From positions 2,241,391-2,305,390 of the forward strand of contig OX638326.1 of the NCBI GenBank assembly GCA_951812775.1: a DNA stretch of 64,000 nucleotides, read 5' to 3'. A program made the translations under genes and the position numbers. The notes under the pieces were generated by a model. That model did no database searches, was not told the origin of the DNA, and saw only the letters and a list, made by a program, of their open reading frames with translations. The stretch comes from an uncultured Alphaproteobacteria bacterium (GTDB taxonomy: Bacteria > Pseudomonadota > Alphaproteobacteria > MPNO01 > UBA2964). Positions 1 to 10,154 of the stretch are shown in pieces. Every line of letters begins with the position of its first letter. Within the stretch, counting starts at the first letter, position 1.

Positions 1-870
1 TCCGGCGTAAACCGGCCTGACGTTATGCAACGACAGGGAAACTATCCGCCACCCAAAGGGGCGCCGGATATTCCTGGTTTGGAAATTGCCGGTACAATTG
101 TCGATATCGCAGGTGATATTAAGGGCTGGGCGCTCGGTGATGAGGTCTGTGCCTTAGTTGCAGGCGGCGGATATGCCAAATATTGCGCTGCACCAGCCCC
201 GCAATGTCTCCCTGTTCCAAAAGGCATTCAACTGATTGACGCGGCGGCTCTTCCAGAAACAATGTTTACGGTTTGGGACAATGTTTTTACGCGTGGCGGG
301 CTATCAGTGGGAGAAACCATCCTGATTCACGGCGGTTCCAGCGGCATCGGCACAACCGCCATTCAACTCGCTGTCGCCATTGGAGCGACGGTGTACGTCA
401 CAGCCGGTTCTGATGAAAAATGCAGGGCCTGCGAAGAGTTGGGGGCTAGCAAAGCAATCAACTACCGTGAGACCGACTTTGTCGACGCGGTTCAGGAATT
501 AACCGACAAGAAAGGCGTCAACGTTGTCCTCGATATGGTGGGCGGCGACTATGTCGCACGCAATCTGCGGGTTCTTGCAAAGGCCGGTCGGCTTGTACAA
601 ATCGCGGTGCAGCAAGGCACCAAGGCTGAAATCCCTGTCCATGTCATTATGTTGAAGCAGATTACCTTTACGGGATCGACTTTGCGCCCGCGCTCCGTTG
701 CAGAAAAAGCATTGATTACTGAGCAACTTCGTGACAAAGCATGGCCTTTGATTGAAACGGGTAAAGTCAAGCCGCTGATTTTTGAGCGTTTTCCTCTTGC
801 AGAGGCTGCGAAAGCCCACGCATTGATGGACAGCAGCGCCCATATCGGTAAAATTGTCCTGACCGTTTAA
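1..870 (+). CDS. qor: NADPH:quinone oxidoreductase, zinc-independent MDR family (Qor-like); 5' end lies outside the window
   Basis: The ORF at 25..870 reads as the central and C-terminal part of a Qor/zeta-crystallin protein (GxGxxG-like Rossmann segment, ending ...HIGKIVLTV). The frame is open to position 1, so the true start is upstream of the window. Confidence 0.7.
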   Translation, partial: SGVNRPDVMQRQGNYPPPKGAPDIPGLEIAGTIVDIAGDIKGWALGDEVCALVAGGGYAKYCAAPAPQCLPVPKGIQLIDAAALPETMFTVWDNVFTRGGLSVGETILIHGGSSGIGTTAIQLAVAIGATVYVTAGSDEKCRACEELGASKAINYRETDFVDAVQELTDKKGVNVVLDMVGGDYVARNLRVLAKAGRLVQIAVQQGTKAEIPVHVIMLKQITFTGSTLRPRSVAEKALITEQLRDKAWPLIETGKVKPLIFERFPLAEAAKAHALMDSSAHIGKIVLTV

Positions 871-994
871 TGGCGTGCGTTGATCCTGTGATCGCGTCGC
901 TATTTCGCCCCAGAGCAAGCATTCCGCATCGCGGTTTGCAGCTGTCGGTTCGGCGGCTGGGGTGTCACGTGTGTCCGAAAACAAAGGAGAGACC

Positions 995-1831
995 ATGAGT
1001 CAGGTCCTTATGCCAAAAGCAACGGCTGTTTGGCTTATTGATAATACCGCACTGACCTTTGATCAGGTTGCGGAGTTCTGCGGATTGCATCCGCTGGAAG
1101 TGCAAAGCATTGCTGACGGCGAAGCCGCAATCGGTATGGTTGGCTACGATCCGATCACCAACGGCCAGTTGACCAACGAAGAGATTGAGCGCTGCGCCGC
1201 TGACCCGGAAGCCCGGCTGGAAATTGCCGAGGTAAATGTACCCCGCCCGGTCACCCGGACCAAAGGACCGCGCTATACGCCAGTTGCACGTCGTCAGGAT
1301 CGTCCTGACGCTATCGCCTGGCTGGTGAAGAATTTCCCGCAGCTATCCGACGGACAGATTTCACGGCTGGTTGGCACCACGAAACCGACAATCAACGGCG
1401 TTCGTGAACGGACTCACTGGAATATCAATAATATCAAACCGCGTGACCCGGTTGCCCTGGGACTCGTCGCACGTGATGATTTGACGGCGGCGATTGAGAA
1501 AGCAAACCGGGCGGTTGAGCGCGCGGAAAAACGTAAAGCAAAAGAAACAGGAAAGGCAGCACCGGTCGCTCCCGTAGTTGAAGAAGCAACTCCGGAACCT
1601 GTTGTCGCACCAGTCGAGGAACCGGTTGAAGCACCAGCAGCTGAAGCCGAGATCACTGCCGAGAGCGTCTTTGGTCCCGCCGCAGATGCTGAAGAAGCAC
1701 CCGCCGAAGCTGAGGCAAAAGAACCATCGCCAGAACCCGCCGTCGAAGATGATGGTAATCCGTTTGCGGCACTTGGCAGTTTGCTACCCGCCGATGATCA
1801 GGCCGGCAAAACTGAAGACAAACAGGACTAG
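995..1831 (+). CDS. DUF1013-family conserved alphaproteobacterial protein with an acidic Pro/Ala/Glu-rich C-terminal tail
   Basis: N-terminal block MPKATAVWLIDNTALTFDQVAEFCGLH is typical of DUF1013. GGAGAG ribosome-binding site lies 5 nt before the ATG at 995. The C-terminal 90 aa are low-complexity (PEPVVAPVEEPVEAPAAEAE...). Confidence 0.55.
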   Translation: MSQVLMPKATAVWLIDNTALTFDQVAEFCGLHPLEVQSIADGEAAIGMVGYDPITNGQLTNEEIERCAADPEARLEIAEVNVPRPVTRTKGPRYTPVARRQDRPDAIAWLVKNFPQLSDGQISRLVGTTKPTINGVRERTHWNINNIKPRDPVALGLVARDDLTAAIEKANRAVERAEKRKAKETGKAAPVAPVVEEATPEPVVAPVEEPVEAPAAEAEITAESVFGPAADAEEAPAEAEAKEPSPEPAVEDDGNPFAALGSLLPADDQAGKTEDKQD

Positions 1832-1865
1832 GTAGACGCGGGCCAACCGCCTCTACGACGCCTAA

Positions 1866-2894
1866 TTGATGGCCAAAAAGCCAGACTATCCGTTCGAGCG
1901 GCTCGATTACGGGGAAACCAAGGAAGTCGTCCCGGGCATCCACTGGATTCGGATGCCCCTCCCCTTCGCCTTAAACCACATAAATCTGTGGCTGGTAGCA
2001 GATGGTGACGGCTGGACGATTATCGATACCGGATACAACACCGACGAAACCCGCGACATATGGGAAAATGTGTTCTCCGACGTCCTGGACAGCAAACCGG
2101 TTAAAAGGATTATCGTCACCCATTTTCATCCAGACCATGTTTCTCTCGCAGGCTGGCTCATCGAAAAATGGGATGCCCCTGTCTGGATGACCTACTCGGA
2201 ATGGATGCAGGCCCAGTTAAATCGTTATGGCGGTCCGACCGCTGACATCGATGCCAGAATGGATTTCTACATCGAACATGGCATGGAACAATCGGGCATT
2301 GATGGCTATCGGGAAACACGGCCCGATTTCTCAAAAATTATTTTACCTCTGCCTACCGGGTTCCGGCGCATGATTGATGGCGAAGAGTTTTCCATTGGCG
2401 AGCATAGCTGGCGCGTCATCACAGGCGCCGGGCACTCCCCGGAGCACGCCGCGCTTTGGTGCAAGTATCTGAATGTGTTGATTTCCGGTGATCAGGTGTT
2501 GCCACGCATTTCCACAAATGTGAGTCTGCAATGCAATGAACCGGATGGCGATCCTCTTCGACTGTACCTTGAAAGCCTTGAAAAGTTTCGTGACCTGCCG
2601 ACAGACGTGTTTATCCTGCCGTCACACGACCGACCCTTCTACGGACTGCATGACAGAATTGATGTGCTCGGGGAGCATCATGCCGAACGGCTTGATGCAG
2701 CTGTCGAGGCCTGCGCAGAACCAAAATCATCGCGTGAATTAATTCCGTTTCTTTTTAAACGGGAACTTGATCGTCATCAGCTGGGCTTTGCCATCGGCGA
2801 AGCAATGGCACACGCCAACTATCTCGTTGCGGATGGCCGGTTATCGAAAGCCCGCGGCGAGGACGGGATTATTCGTTACTCACAAACCCCTTAA
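1866..2894 (+). CDS. MBL-fold metallo-hydrolase
   Basis: HFHPDHV motif (HxHxDH) plus downstream His/Asp ligands. 342 aa. Confidence 0.65.
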   Translation: MMAKKPDYPFERLDYGETKEVVPGIHWIRMPLPFALNHINLWLVADGDGWTIIDTGYNTDETRDIWENVFSDVLDSKPVKRIIVTHFHPDHVSLAGWLIEKWDAPVWMTYSEWMQAQLNRYGGPTADIDARMDFYIEHGMEQSGIDGYRETRPDFSKIILPLPTGFRRMIDGEEFSIGEHSWRVITGAGHSPEHAALWCKYLNVLISGDQVLPRISTNVSLQCNEPDGDPLRLYLESLEKFRDLPTDVFILPSHDRPFYGLHDRIDVLGEHHAERLDAAVEACAEPKSSRELIPFLFKRELDRHQLGFAIGEAMAHANYLVADGRLSKARGEDGIIRYSQTP

Positions 2895-2903
2895 ACCCTC
2901 GGA

Positions 2904-4544
2904 CTAATCCTGTCGGGCTTGTGCCTCTAGCTCGCGCAGTGCCCGACGATCAATCTTCATCAAGGTTGTCCGCGGCAGCATGTCTACAAAAGCCATTTCC
3001 TGCGGCACTTTGTAACCACCAATTTTGCGAACGCCTTCTTTGATCTCGGTAACCAGCGTGTCATTAACTTCGACATCAGGTTTCAGGACGATAAAGGCCT
3101 TGGGCTGCGTAAGACCTTCACGGTCTTCAAACGAGATGACAGCCGCTTCCAGCACACTGTCATGCTCAGTAATCGCTGCTTCCACCTCAATCGGCGACAC
3201 CCACAACCCTTTGACCTTGAAGACATCGTCACTACGTCCGGAGAACCAGAAGAAACCGTCCTCATCGAACTGCAAAGTATCCCCGGTCCGCGCCCATTCA
3301 CCAACAAACGTTTCCCGGCTCTTCTTGAGCTTGCGCCAGTAAAAGAAACAGGTTGTCCGGCTGCCAATCCACGCTTCGCCGTCGGTGTTGGGCTCCGTCA
3401 CCTCATTGCCGTCGTCATCCATAAGCCTGACGTCATAGCCAAAGACCGGTTTGCCGAGGCTCCCGCGCCGAAATTCTTTGGGCCGATTGGCGATCCATTC
3501 ATAGGTGATTTCTGAAGAGCCAATAGAGTCCAGAATCTCAAGTCCGAACAACTCCTCAAATTTTTCAAACACCTCGGGCGGCATTTTTTCAGATGCTGAC
3601 GTGACTAAATTCAATGACGAGAAATCCGGGACCCGCTCCTGCTCCGCAAACAGCAACAGGTTTTTGATGATCGTCGGCACGGTGATGAGCTTGTTGGGCT
3701 TCGTCTTCTCGATCACCCCAACAACATTCTCTGCCGATGGTGGCAGTCGCGAGATGACGCTGGTCGCGCCGAAATAAAACGGGATCAGAACCGCCGGCCA
3801 GATACCATGGGTAAAATATTTCTTGGAGGTCGCATGAACGACGTCATCCGGTCCGTACTCCATAAACGTGCCATGCCGTTCAGGAACGAGATAGAAATCA
3901 TGAGCCAAATGGGTAATGCCCTTTGCGGGCCCCGTCGTGCCACCCGAATAAAACATGTAGGTGACGTCATTGTGATGCAACGGCACGGGCGCAAATGTTT
4001 GGAGTTGCCCTTCAACCATCTCGTTGTAGGTCAACGTATGTCGATCGCCGGATTCCGGGGCATCACCTATGTCATCTCCCCGAACGATCACATTCTCCAA
4101 TGTCCAGGGCATATCGTCAGCAATCTCGGCTAACTTTTCGGATTGTTCGACATCGATAAACAACGACTTGGCAGCTGTATCGCGCAGAAAATAGAGAAGA
4201 TTTGGCGCTTTATAGGCGTCGGAAACAACGACAGGCACGATACCTGCCCGGATCGCCCCAAACCACAAGGCCAGATATTCAACACTATCCGTCCCAAACA
4301 GTAATATGCGTGACCCTGTCTCAATCTTGAGTGTTTTCAGCCCGTGCGCCGCGCGGCACACCAGCCCAAGAAACTCTTCATAGCTGTAGCTGTCATCATC
4401 AACGATGAGCACCGTTGAACCGGCTTTACCACCTGACAAATGTTTATCAAGAACGATTGTGGTCGGATTAAAATATTCCGGTACTTCCGGGTCGTTCCAG
4501 CCTTGCCATTCTTTGCCGAAGATTATGTCCTTATGATCACTCAC
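2904..4544 (-). CDS. AMP-dependent acyl-CoA synthetase/ligase (benzoate-CoA ligase-like); candidate oxalate--CoA ligase
   Basis: AMP-binding motif FYSGGTTGPAKG. 546 aa. Same strand and immediately downstream of frc-oxc. Confidence 0.7.
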   Translation of the reverse strand: MSDHKDIIFGKEWQGWNDPEVPEYFNPTTIVLDKHLSGGKAGSTVLIVDDDSYSYEEFLGLVCRAAHGLKTLKIETGSRILLFGTDSVEYLALWFGAIRAGIVPVVVSDAYKAPNLLYFLRDTAAKSLFIDVEQSEKLAEIADDMPWTLENVIVRGDDIGDAPESGDRHTLTYNEMVEGQLQTFAPVPLHHNDVTYMFYSGGTTGPAKGITHLAHDFYLVPERHGTFMEYGPDDVVHATSKKYFTHGIWPAVLIPFYFGATSVISRLPPSAENVVGVIEKTKPNKLITVPTIIKNLLLFAEQERVPDFSSLNLVTSASEKMPPEVFEKFEELFGLEILDSIGSSEITYEWIANRPKEFRRGSLGKPVFGYDVRLMDDDGNEVTEPNTDGEAWIGSRTTCFFYWRKLKKSRETFVGEWARTGDTLQFDEDGFFWFSGRSDDVFKVKGLWVSPIEVEAAITEHDSVLEAAVISFEDREGLTQPKAFIVLKPDVEVNDTLVTEIKEGVRKIGGYKVPQEMAFVDMLPRTTLMKIDRRALRELEAQARQD

Positions 4545-4633
4545 AGCGCCGTCTTTCTTGTTTCTCTAATAGTTAACCAGGCACAATTTTTCCCTACCAG
4601 ACTCCGTCCGGCAAGAGGAAACCGGGAAAAACG

Positions 4634-5884
4634 TCAAATTGCGCCTTCTTCACGGGCGGCCGCAATTTCCTCATCATTTAATCCGAGCACAGTCTTCAGA
4701 ATTTCATCCGTGTGTTCTCCGAGCAACGGCGATCGTTTTACATCAGACGGCGAGTCAGAAAGTTTCACCGGATTACCAACCGTGAGATATTTTCCGCGTT
4801 CAGGGTGATCGACTTCCACAATTGTGCCGGTTTCCCGCAGCGACGGTTCCTCCGCCAACTCTTTCATCGACAGGATTGGCCCACAGGGAATGTTAAGAGG
4901 ATTGCAAAGATTCATGACCTCAAACTTATCCATGGTCATGGTCCATTCTTCAATCGCATCAAAGATAGGCTTAATCTTGTCGAGCCGATCCGCTGGCTTG
5001 GCATAGCCAGGGTCTTCTTTCCATTCCGGTTTCCCGATCAGATCGCAAATATTTCCCCATACCGCGGCCTGAGTGATGAAATAGACATAGGCGTTGGGGT
5101 CTGTCTCCCAGCCTTTGCATTTGAGAATCCAGCCTGGCTGCCCACCGCCGGAATCATTGCCGGCACGTGGTGTCGCGTCGCCAAACTCAATGCCCTGACC
5201 AAACTGGCTATATTCTTTTAACGGACCATGGGCGAGCCGTTGCTGATCCCGCAGCTTCACGCGCGAAAGGTTCAGAACGCCGTCCTGCATGGCGCACTCA
5301 ACGCGCTGGCCTTTGCCGGATTGTTCGCGATGGTAGAGTGCCGTGACGATCCCGAAGGCGAGATGAAGGCCGGTGCCGGAATCACCGATCTGGGCGCCGG
5401 TAACAAGCGGTGGTCCATCGAGGAAACCCGTTGTCGACGCCGCCCCACCCGTGCATTGGGCGACGTTTTCATACACCTTGCAGTCCTCATATGGTCCGGG
5501 ACCGAACCCTTTGACCGACGCATAAATCATCCGTGGGTTGATCTCCTGGATTTTTCCCCAGGGAAACCCCATCCGATCGATCGCGCCTGGGGCAAAATTT
5601 TCGACCAGCACATCGCATTCCTCGATCAGCTTGGTGAAAATTTTGGCACCCGAATCCGTCTTGGGATTCAGTGTAACACTACGCTTATTGTGATTCAGCA
5701 TCGTGAAATACAGGCTATCGACATCCGGAATATCGCGCAGCTGCCCTCGTGTGGCATCACCGACCCCAGGTCGTTCAACCTTGATCACGTCAGCGCCAAA
5801 CCACGCCAATAGTTGCGTGCAGGTTGGCCCGGACTGCACATGGGTCATGTCCAGAATTTTTACACCTTCAAGGGCTTTACTCAT
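4634..5884 (-). CDS. frc: formyl-CoA:oxalate CoA-transferase (family III CoA-transferase)
   Basis: Near-colinear similarity to Oxalobacter Frc ([35 protein letters not shown]..., [17 protein letters not shown]...). 416 aa. Confidence 0.85.
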   Translation of the reverse strand: MSKALEGVKILDMTHVQSGPTCTQLLAWFGADVIKVERPGVGDATRGQLRDIPDVDSLYFTMLNHNKRSVTLNPKTDSGAKIFTKLIEECDVLVENFAPGAIDRMGFPWGKIQEINPRMIYASVKGFGPGPYEDCKVYENVAQCTGGAASTTGFLDGPPLVTGAQIGDSGTGLHLAFGIVTALYHREQSGKGQRVECAMQDGVLNLSRVKLRDQQRLAHGPLKEYSQFGQGIEFGDATPRAGNDSGGGQPGWILKCKGWETDPNAYVYFITQAAVWGNICDLIGKPEWKEDPGYAKPADRLDKIKPIFDAIEEWTMTMDKFEVMNLCNPLNIPCGPILSMKELAEEPSLRETGTIVEVDHPERGKYLTVGNPVKLSDSPSDVKRSPLLGEHTDEILKTVLGLNDEEIAAAREEGAI

Positions 5885-5917
5885 GTTCTCGATCCTCTTC
5901 TTAAGAGTTAAACGACG

Positions 5918-7630
5918 CTATTTCTTCCCGACGACGCTTTGCGGGTTAAGGTTGCCAATCCGGCCACTCTCTGTCCCTGCCTCCGCATCAATCACAGCGT
6001 TCACTAAAGTTGGTTTTCCCGAGTCCATGGCAGCGTTGACCGCCTGACTTAATTCATCGGGAGAGGTGGCATTGAACCCGACACCCCCAAAGGCTTCCAT
6101 CATCTTGTCGTAGCGGGCATCCTTCACAAACACGGTTGTTGCCACATCATCGCCAGCGGCATTCTGATCCGTTCCGCGATAAATACCACCATTGTTAAAC
6201 ACGACGACGCAGACCGGCAGGTTGTAGCGGCAGATCGTTTCGATCTCCATGCCCGAAAAACCAAAGGCACTATCCCCCTCAACGGCAAGCACCGGATTTC
6301 CGGTCTCCACCGCCGCGGCTATCGCTGTTCCCATGCCAACACCCATCACACCCCAGGTGCCAACATCCAGCCGTTTGCGCGGCTGATACATATCAATAAT
6401 GCTGCGGGCAAAATCGAGTGTATTCGCGCCCTCATTGACCATGATGGCATCAGGGCGTTCCTTAATGATTGTCTGCAAGGCGCCAAGAGCCCCATGATAA
6501 TCCATTGGAACATTGTTGTTTTGCAGCCGCGGTGCCATCCGTTCAACATTGCTCGCGACCTTTTCCTGAACCGCACTTGTCCATGCTGTCGGGGGTGCCG
6601 TCCAGTCCTTGCCCATAGCCGAAAGCATCGCCTCCACACAGGAGCCAATATCCCCAACGACGGGGGCGGCAATCTCGACATTGCTATCCATTTCACGGGG
6701 CTCAATATCTATATGGACAAATTTCTTGGGCGCGGTTCCCCAAGCCTTTCCCTTACCGTGCGACAACAGCCAGTTCAGGCGTGCGCCAATCATCACAACA
6801 ACATCGGACTCTTTCAGCACCAAAGAACGTGCGGCACCGGCTGATTGCGGATGGGTGTCAGGTAACAACCCCTTGGCCATGCTCATCGGGAGATAAGGAA
6901 TACCGCTGGTCTCTACCAAGGCACGGATCGCGTCATCAGCCTGAGCATAGGCGGCGCCCTTACCCAGAATAATGAGTGGCCGTTCAGCGCCTTTCAAGAC
7001 ATCAAGTGCGCGATCAATAGACTCAGGCGCGGGAAGTTGGCGCGGCGCCGCATCAACGACCTGCACCAATGACTTGGCTCCATCATCAGCATCCATTACC
7101 TGCCCGAGAAGTTTGGCTGGCAGATCAAGATAGACGCCACCAGGACGACCTGACACCGCCGCCCGGATCGCCCGCGCAATTCCGATACCGATATCCTCGG
7201 CATGGAGCACACGGTACGCCGCCTTACAAAGCAGTTTGGCGACAGCCAGCTGATCCATCTCTTCATAATCGCCCTGCTGCAGATCAACGATCTCGCGCTC
7301 CGAAGATCCCGAAATCAAGATCATCGGGAAGCAATTTGTCGTAGCGTGGGCGAGCGCCGTCAGCCCGTTGAGAAATCCCGGCGCCGATACCGTCAGGCAT
7401 ATGCCCGGTTTCTGTGTCAAAAAACCAGCAATCGCTGCCGCGTATCCCGCGTTCTGTTCATGTCGAAAAGACAGAACGCGCATGCCTTCTGCCTGCATCA
7501 TGCGACCCAGATCGGTAATCGGAATTCCCGGCACGTTATAAATTGTGTTGATGTCATTTAGTTTCAAAGCATCGATTACGAGATGAAACCCGTCTGTCAG
7601 ATTGCCAGTGTCCTGTGTTTCTTCCGCCAT
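5918..7630 (-). CDS. oxc: oxalyl-CoA decarboxylase (ThDP-dependent)
   Basis: Strong similarity to Oxc ([16 protein letters not shown]..., [38 protein letters not shown]...). 570 aa. Contiguous with frc. Confidence 0.85.
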   Translation of the reverse strand: MAEETQDTGNLTDGFHLVIDALKLNDINTIYNVPGIPITDLGRMMQAEGMRVLSFRHEQNAGYAAAIAGFLTQKPGICLTVSAPGFLNGLTALAHATTNCFPMILISGSSEREIVDLQQGDYEEMDQLAVAKLLCKAAYRVLHAEDIGIGIARAIRAAVSGRPGGVYLDLPAKLLGQVMDADDGAKSLVQVVDAAPRQLPAPESIDRALDVLKGAERPLIILGKGAAYAQADDAIRALVETSGIPYLPMSMAKGLLPDTHPQSAGAARSLVLKESDVVVMIGARLNWLLSHGKGKAWGTAPKKFVHIDIEPREMDSNVEIAAPVVGDIGSCVEAMLSAMGKDWTAPPTAWTSAVQEKVASNVERMAPRLQNNNVPMDYHGALGALQTIIKERPDAIMVNEGANTLDFARSIIDMYQPRKRLDVGTWGVMGVGMGTAIAAAVETGNPVLAVEGDSAFGFSGMEIETICRYNLPVCVVVFNNGGIYRGTDQNAAGDDVATTVFVKDARYDKMMEAFGGVGFNATSPDELSQAVNAAMDSGKPTLVNAVIDAEAGTESGRIGNLNPQSVVGKK

Positions 7631-7639
7631 GTTCTTTTC

Positions 7640-8328
7640 CTAATCGAGATAATGTACGTGCTGTTCAACGTGAGCAGCCAAATCCAGCGTATGTTGCCGG
7701 ACCAACGGCTCAGCGAGTTCGGTGTCGCGATTTTCGAGCGCCTCAATGATATTCATATGATCGATGATTGACCGGCTCGCGCGATTATTCTCTCCAATTG
7801 TGCGCACGCGAATTGAGCGCATATGAATGAATAATGTTTCGGTAAGCGAATTCAGCAGTTCGCTCTTACTCAGTTTCAAAATTGCCTGATGAAACTCAAT
7901 ATTGGTGCCAGAATACCCATCGATATTTGCCTGAGGCTTTTCATTTTCAAATGTCGTGAACATTCGTCGTAACCCGGCTATTTCGTCATCGCTGGCATTT
8001 TGCGTTATCAGACGCGCAGCCATGTTTTCCAATGCCGCCCAAACCGTGATCATCTCCAGAATTTCTGTCTTCGTTTTACGAACCACAAAAACCCCGCGAC
8101 GGGAATGACCCTTACCAATCCTTCTTGGGCCAATCGGGCAAGCGCTTCGCGGACCGGCGTCCGGCTAACTCCAAGGTCTTCAGACAGCAGTCGCTCATCA
8201 AGACGTGGCTCACCATCACCTTCATAGATGTCGATGGTGGTGATCGTCTCTTTAAGCGCCTCATAGGTTCGATCCTTAAGGCTAAAGGAGACGTCTATCG
8301 GCTGAAGATCAAGTCTTACAGTTGCCAA
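7640..8328 (-). pseudogene. GntR/FadR-family (FCD) transcriptional regulator, disrupted by a -1 frameshift in a homopolymer near 8087-8091
   Basis: N-terminal wHTH ORF (8050..8328) and C-terminal FCD ORF (7640..8086) overlap in different frames. Restoring one T in the T5 run (coding strand) gives the expected ...RVIPVAGFFVVRKTKTEILEM... . Confidence 0.7.
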
Positions 8329-8359
8329 GGAATTTCTCGCTCAATTTAACGAAGAAAAA

Positions 8360-8379
8360 TGGTGGTATACCACATACCA
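8360..8379. promoter_or_regulatory. putative GntR/FadR-type operator palindrome (tGGTATACCa) in the divergent oxc / TRAP intergenic region
   Basis: Perfect palindrome TGGTATACCA fits the FadR-family consensus t.GT.N.AC.a. It lies between the divergently transcribed gntR-oxc-frc operon and the TRAP operon. Confidence 0.35.
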
Positions 8380-8407
8380 TAGGAAATCAGCCCATAGGAA
8401 ATCAGCC
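8378..8407. repeat. perfect 15-bp tandem duplication (cataggaaatcagcc x2) in the intergenic region
   Basis: Direct reading of the sequence. Confidence 0.6.
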
Positions 8408-8570
8408 TTCGTCACGCCTAATCGAAGCAATTATGCTGGTTCACCAGTTGAAATTTTTGTGAGATAAAAATCGAGATCAGTGCGTTTCAGCCAAGAAGCT
8501 GATTGTCGGCCTAACCAAGAGTTACTAAGCTTCCAATCCTGTAGTTACAAACCAACTTGGGGGAGACATT

Positions 8571-9557
8571 ATGAAACGCCTATTAACGGGAGTCGCTGTC
8601 GCCGGAATGGTGATCGGCGGACTTTCAGTTGCCGCCAACGCAGCAACGATCAAAATTTTGGCCAGCTGGAACAAAAACGTTTGGCCGACCTATGTGGTGC
8701 TCGACAGCTTTGTAAAGAACGTTAAAAAGCTGGGTGGCGATAAAATCAAAATTCGGATCAGTGGCCCAGAAGTGGTCCCTGGTTTCCAGCAGCTACAACC
8801 GGTTAAAGCAGGCGTTTTCGATATCCTGTTTACCCATGGTGTCTATCACATGGGATCCAAGGGACTGGCCGCCATTATGGATGCCATGAACTCTGACCCG
8901 GTCGGCAAACGGACATCGGGCGTTTGGGATCACCTCGACAAATTCTATCAGAAAACCCATGGGCTGAAGTTGCTGGCCATTTCACCCAACAGCACCAAGG
9001 GCTACCACATTTTCCTCAAGAAACCGCTATCGGGTAAAGGCGATTGGAAAGGCCGTAAAATCCGTGGCACGCAGACCTATCACGGTGTGATCCGTCTGTT
9101 CGGCGGCGAACCGGTTGTGATGCCTGGCTCGCAGGTTTATTCCGCATTGGAGAAAGGCGTTGTTGATGGCGCAGCATGGCCAGCCGCGGGCATGCTTAGC
9201 ATGAAGCATTTCGAAGTAGCCAAGTACAAGGTTCGCCCAACTTTCGGCACCTCAACTTTGCCCTTCCTTATGAATCTCAAAAGCTTCAACAAGCTGAGCA
9301 AGGAAAAGCAGAACATCCTGCTGCAAGCCGGTTACATGACCGAGCTTGAAATGCCTTGGGTTGGTGATCAGGTACAGGCGAAGGAAGATGCCGAACTTGC
9401 CAAAAAAGGCGTCAAGATTACCAAACTGCCTGCCGACCAGGTGGCCAAGATGCGTAAGGCTTTCTCGGAAAGCATCTGGGCTCTGGGCGCGAAGTGCTGT
9501 GGCGCAGACGCCAAGAAGCTTCGTGAACTCGCCGAAAAGGCTGGTCTATCCTGGTAA
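8571..9557 (+). CDS. dctP: TRAP transporter solute-binding protein, DctP family
   Basis: Signal peptide, DctP-like length (328 aa), followed by DctQ and DctM genes. Confidence 0.75.
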   Translation: MKRLLTGVAVAGMVIGGLSVAANAATIKILASWNKNVWPTYVVLDSFVKNVKKLGGDKIKIRISGPEVVPGFQQLQPVKAGVFDILFTHGVYHMGSKGLAAIMDAMNSDPVGKRTSGVWDHLDKFYQKTHGLKLLAISPNSTKGYHIFLKKPLSGKGDWKGRKIRGTQTYHGVIRLFGGEPVVMPGSQVYSALEKGVVDGAAWPAAGMLSMKHFEVAKYKVRPTFGTSTLPFLMNLKSFNKLSKEKQNILLQAGYMTELEMPWVGDQVQAKEDAELAKKGVKITKLPADQVAKMRKAFSESIWALGAKCCGADAKKLRELAEKAGLSW

Positions 9558-9583
9558 AATAGATCGATGAAATTGAGACGGGC

Positions 9584-9612
9584 CACGGGACATTCAGTCT
9601 CGTGGTTCTCTC
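9584..9612 (+). terminator. intercistronic hairpin (ccacgggac/gtctcgtgg) followed by a T-rich tract between dctP and dctQ; possible attenuator
   Basis: 9-bp stem with one mismatch and a 5-nt loop, then ttctctcttatttc. Flanked by 14-bp direct repeats gatcgatgaaattg at 9563..9576 and 9623..9636. Confidence 0.35.
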
Positions 9613-9629
9613 TTATTTCTGATTGATCG

Positions 9630-10151
9630 ATGAAATTGTACCGGACATTTGAACGCGGTCATGACTGGCTGACAGTCGCGGGGTATTACCTCGCCTGCAT
9701 CGCTCTATCGATAATTTTCGGCGCCTATATTATCGAGGTTTTCGCCCGCTATTTCTTTAATGCGCCACAATGGTGGGCCAGCGAGGCCGTGTCCTACTCG
9801 CTATGCGCCTGCACCTTCCTGATGATGCCCTACGTTACCTGGAAAAAAGGGCACGTCGCCGTCGCTCTGATTTTTGACCTGTTGCCAACAAATGGCGCGC
9901 GCGTTGCCATATGGTTGACCTATCTGCTCGGAACGCTTTTCTGCGGGTTTGCAACCTGGATTTCCATGGATGAAACCGCGCGGCAATTCATCAGCAATAT
10001 TGATCTCATGGCAGTCAAACCGGTTCCTAAATATTTGATTTCAATTTTCATTCCATTTGGTTTTGCAAGCTCAACTTTGCACTTCATGCGTCTTCTCGAT
10101 TTTAAGGCGATTGACCCTGATGCCTCCGCCGGCGGCTTTGGTGAGAGCTGA
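9630..10151 (+). CDS. dctQ: TRAP transporter small permease, DctQ family
   Basis: 173-aa protein with four TM segments, between dctP and dctM. Confidence 0.75.
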   Translation: MKLYRTFERGHDWLTVAGYYLACIALSIIFGAYIIEVFARYFFNAPQWWASEAVSYSLCACTFLMMPYVTWKKGHVAVALIFDLLPTNGARVAIWLTYLLGTLFCGFATWISMDETARQFISNIDLMAVKPVPKYLISIFIPFGFASSTLHFMRLLDFKAIDPDASAGGFGES

Positions 10152-10154
10152 TCG

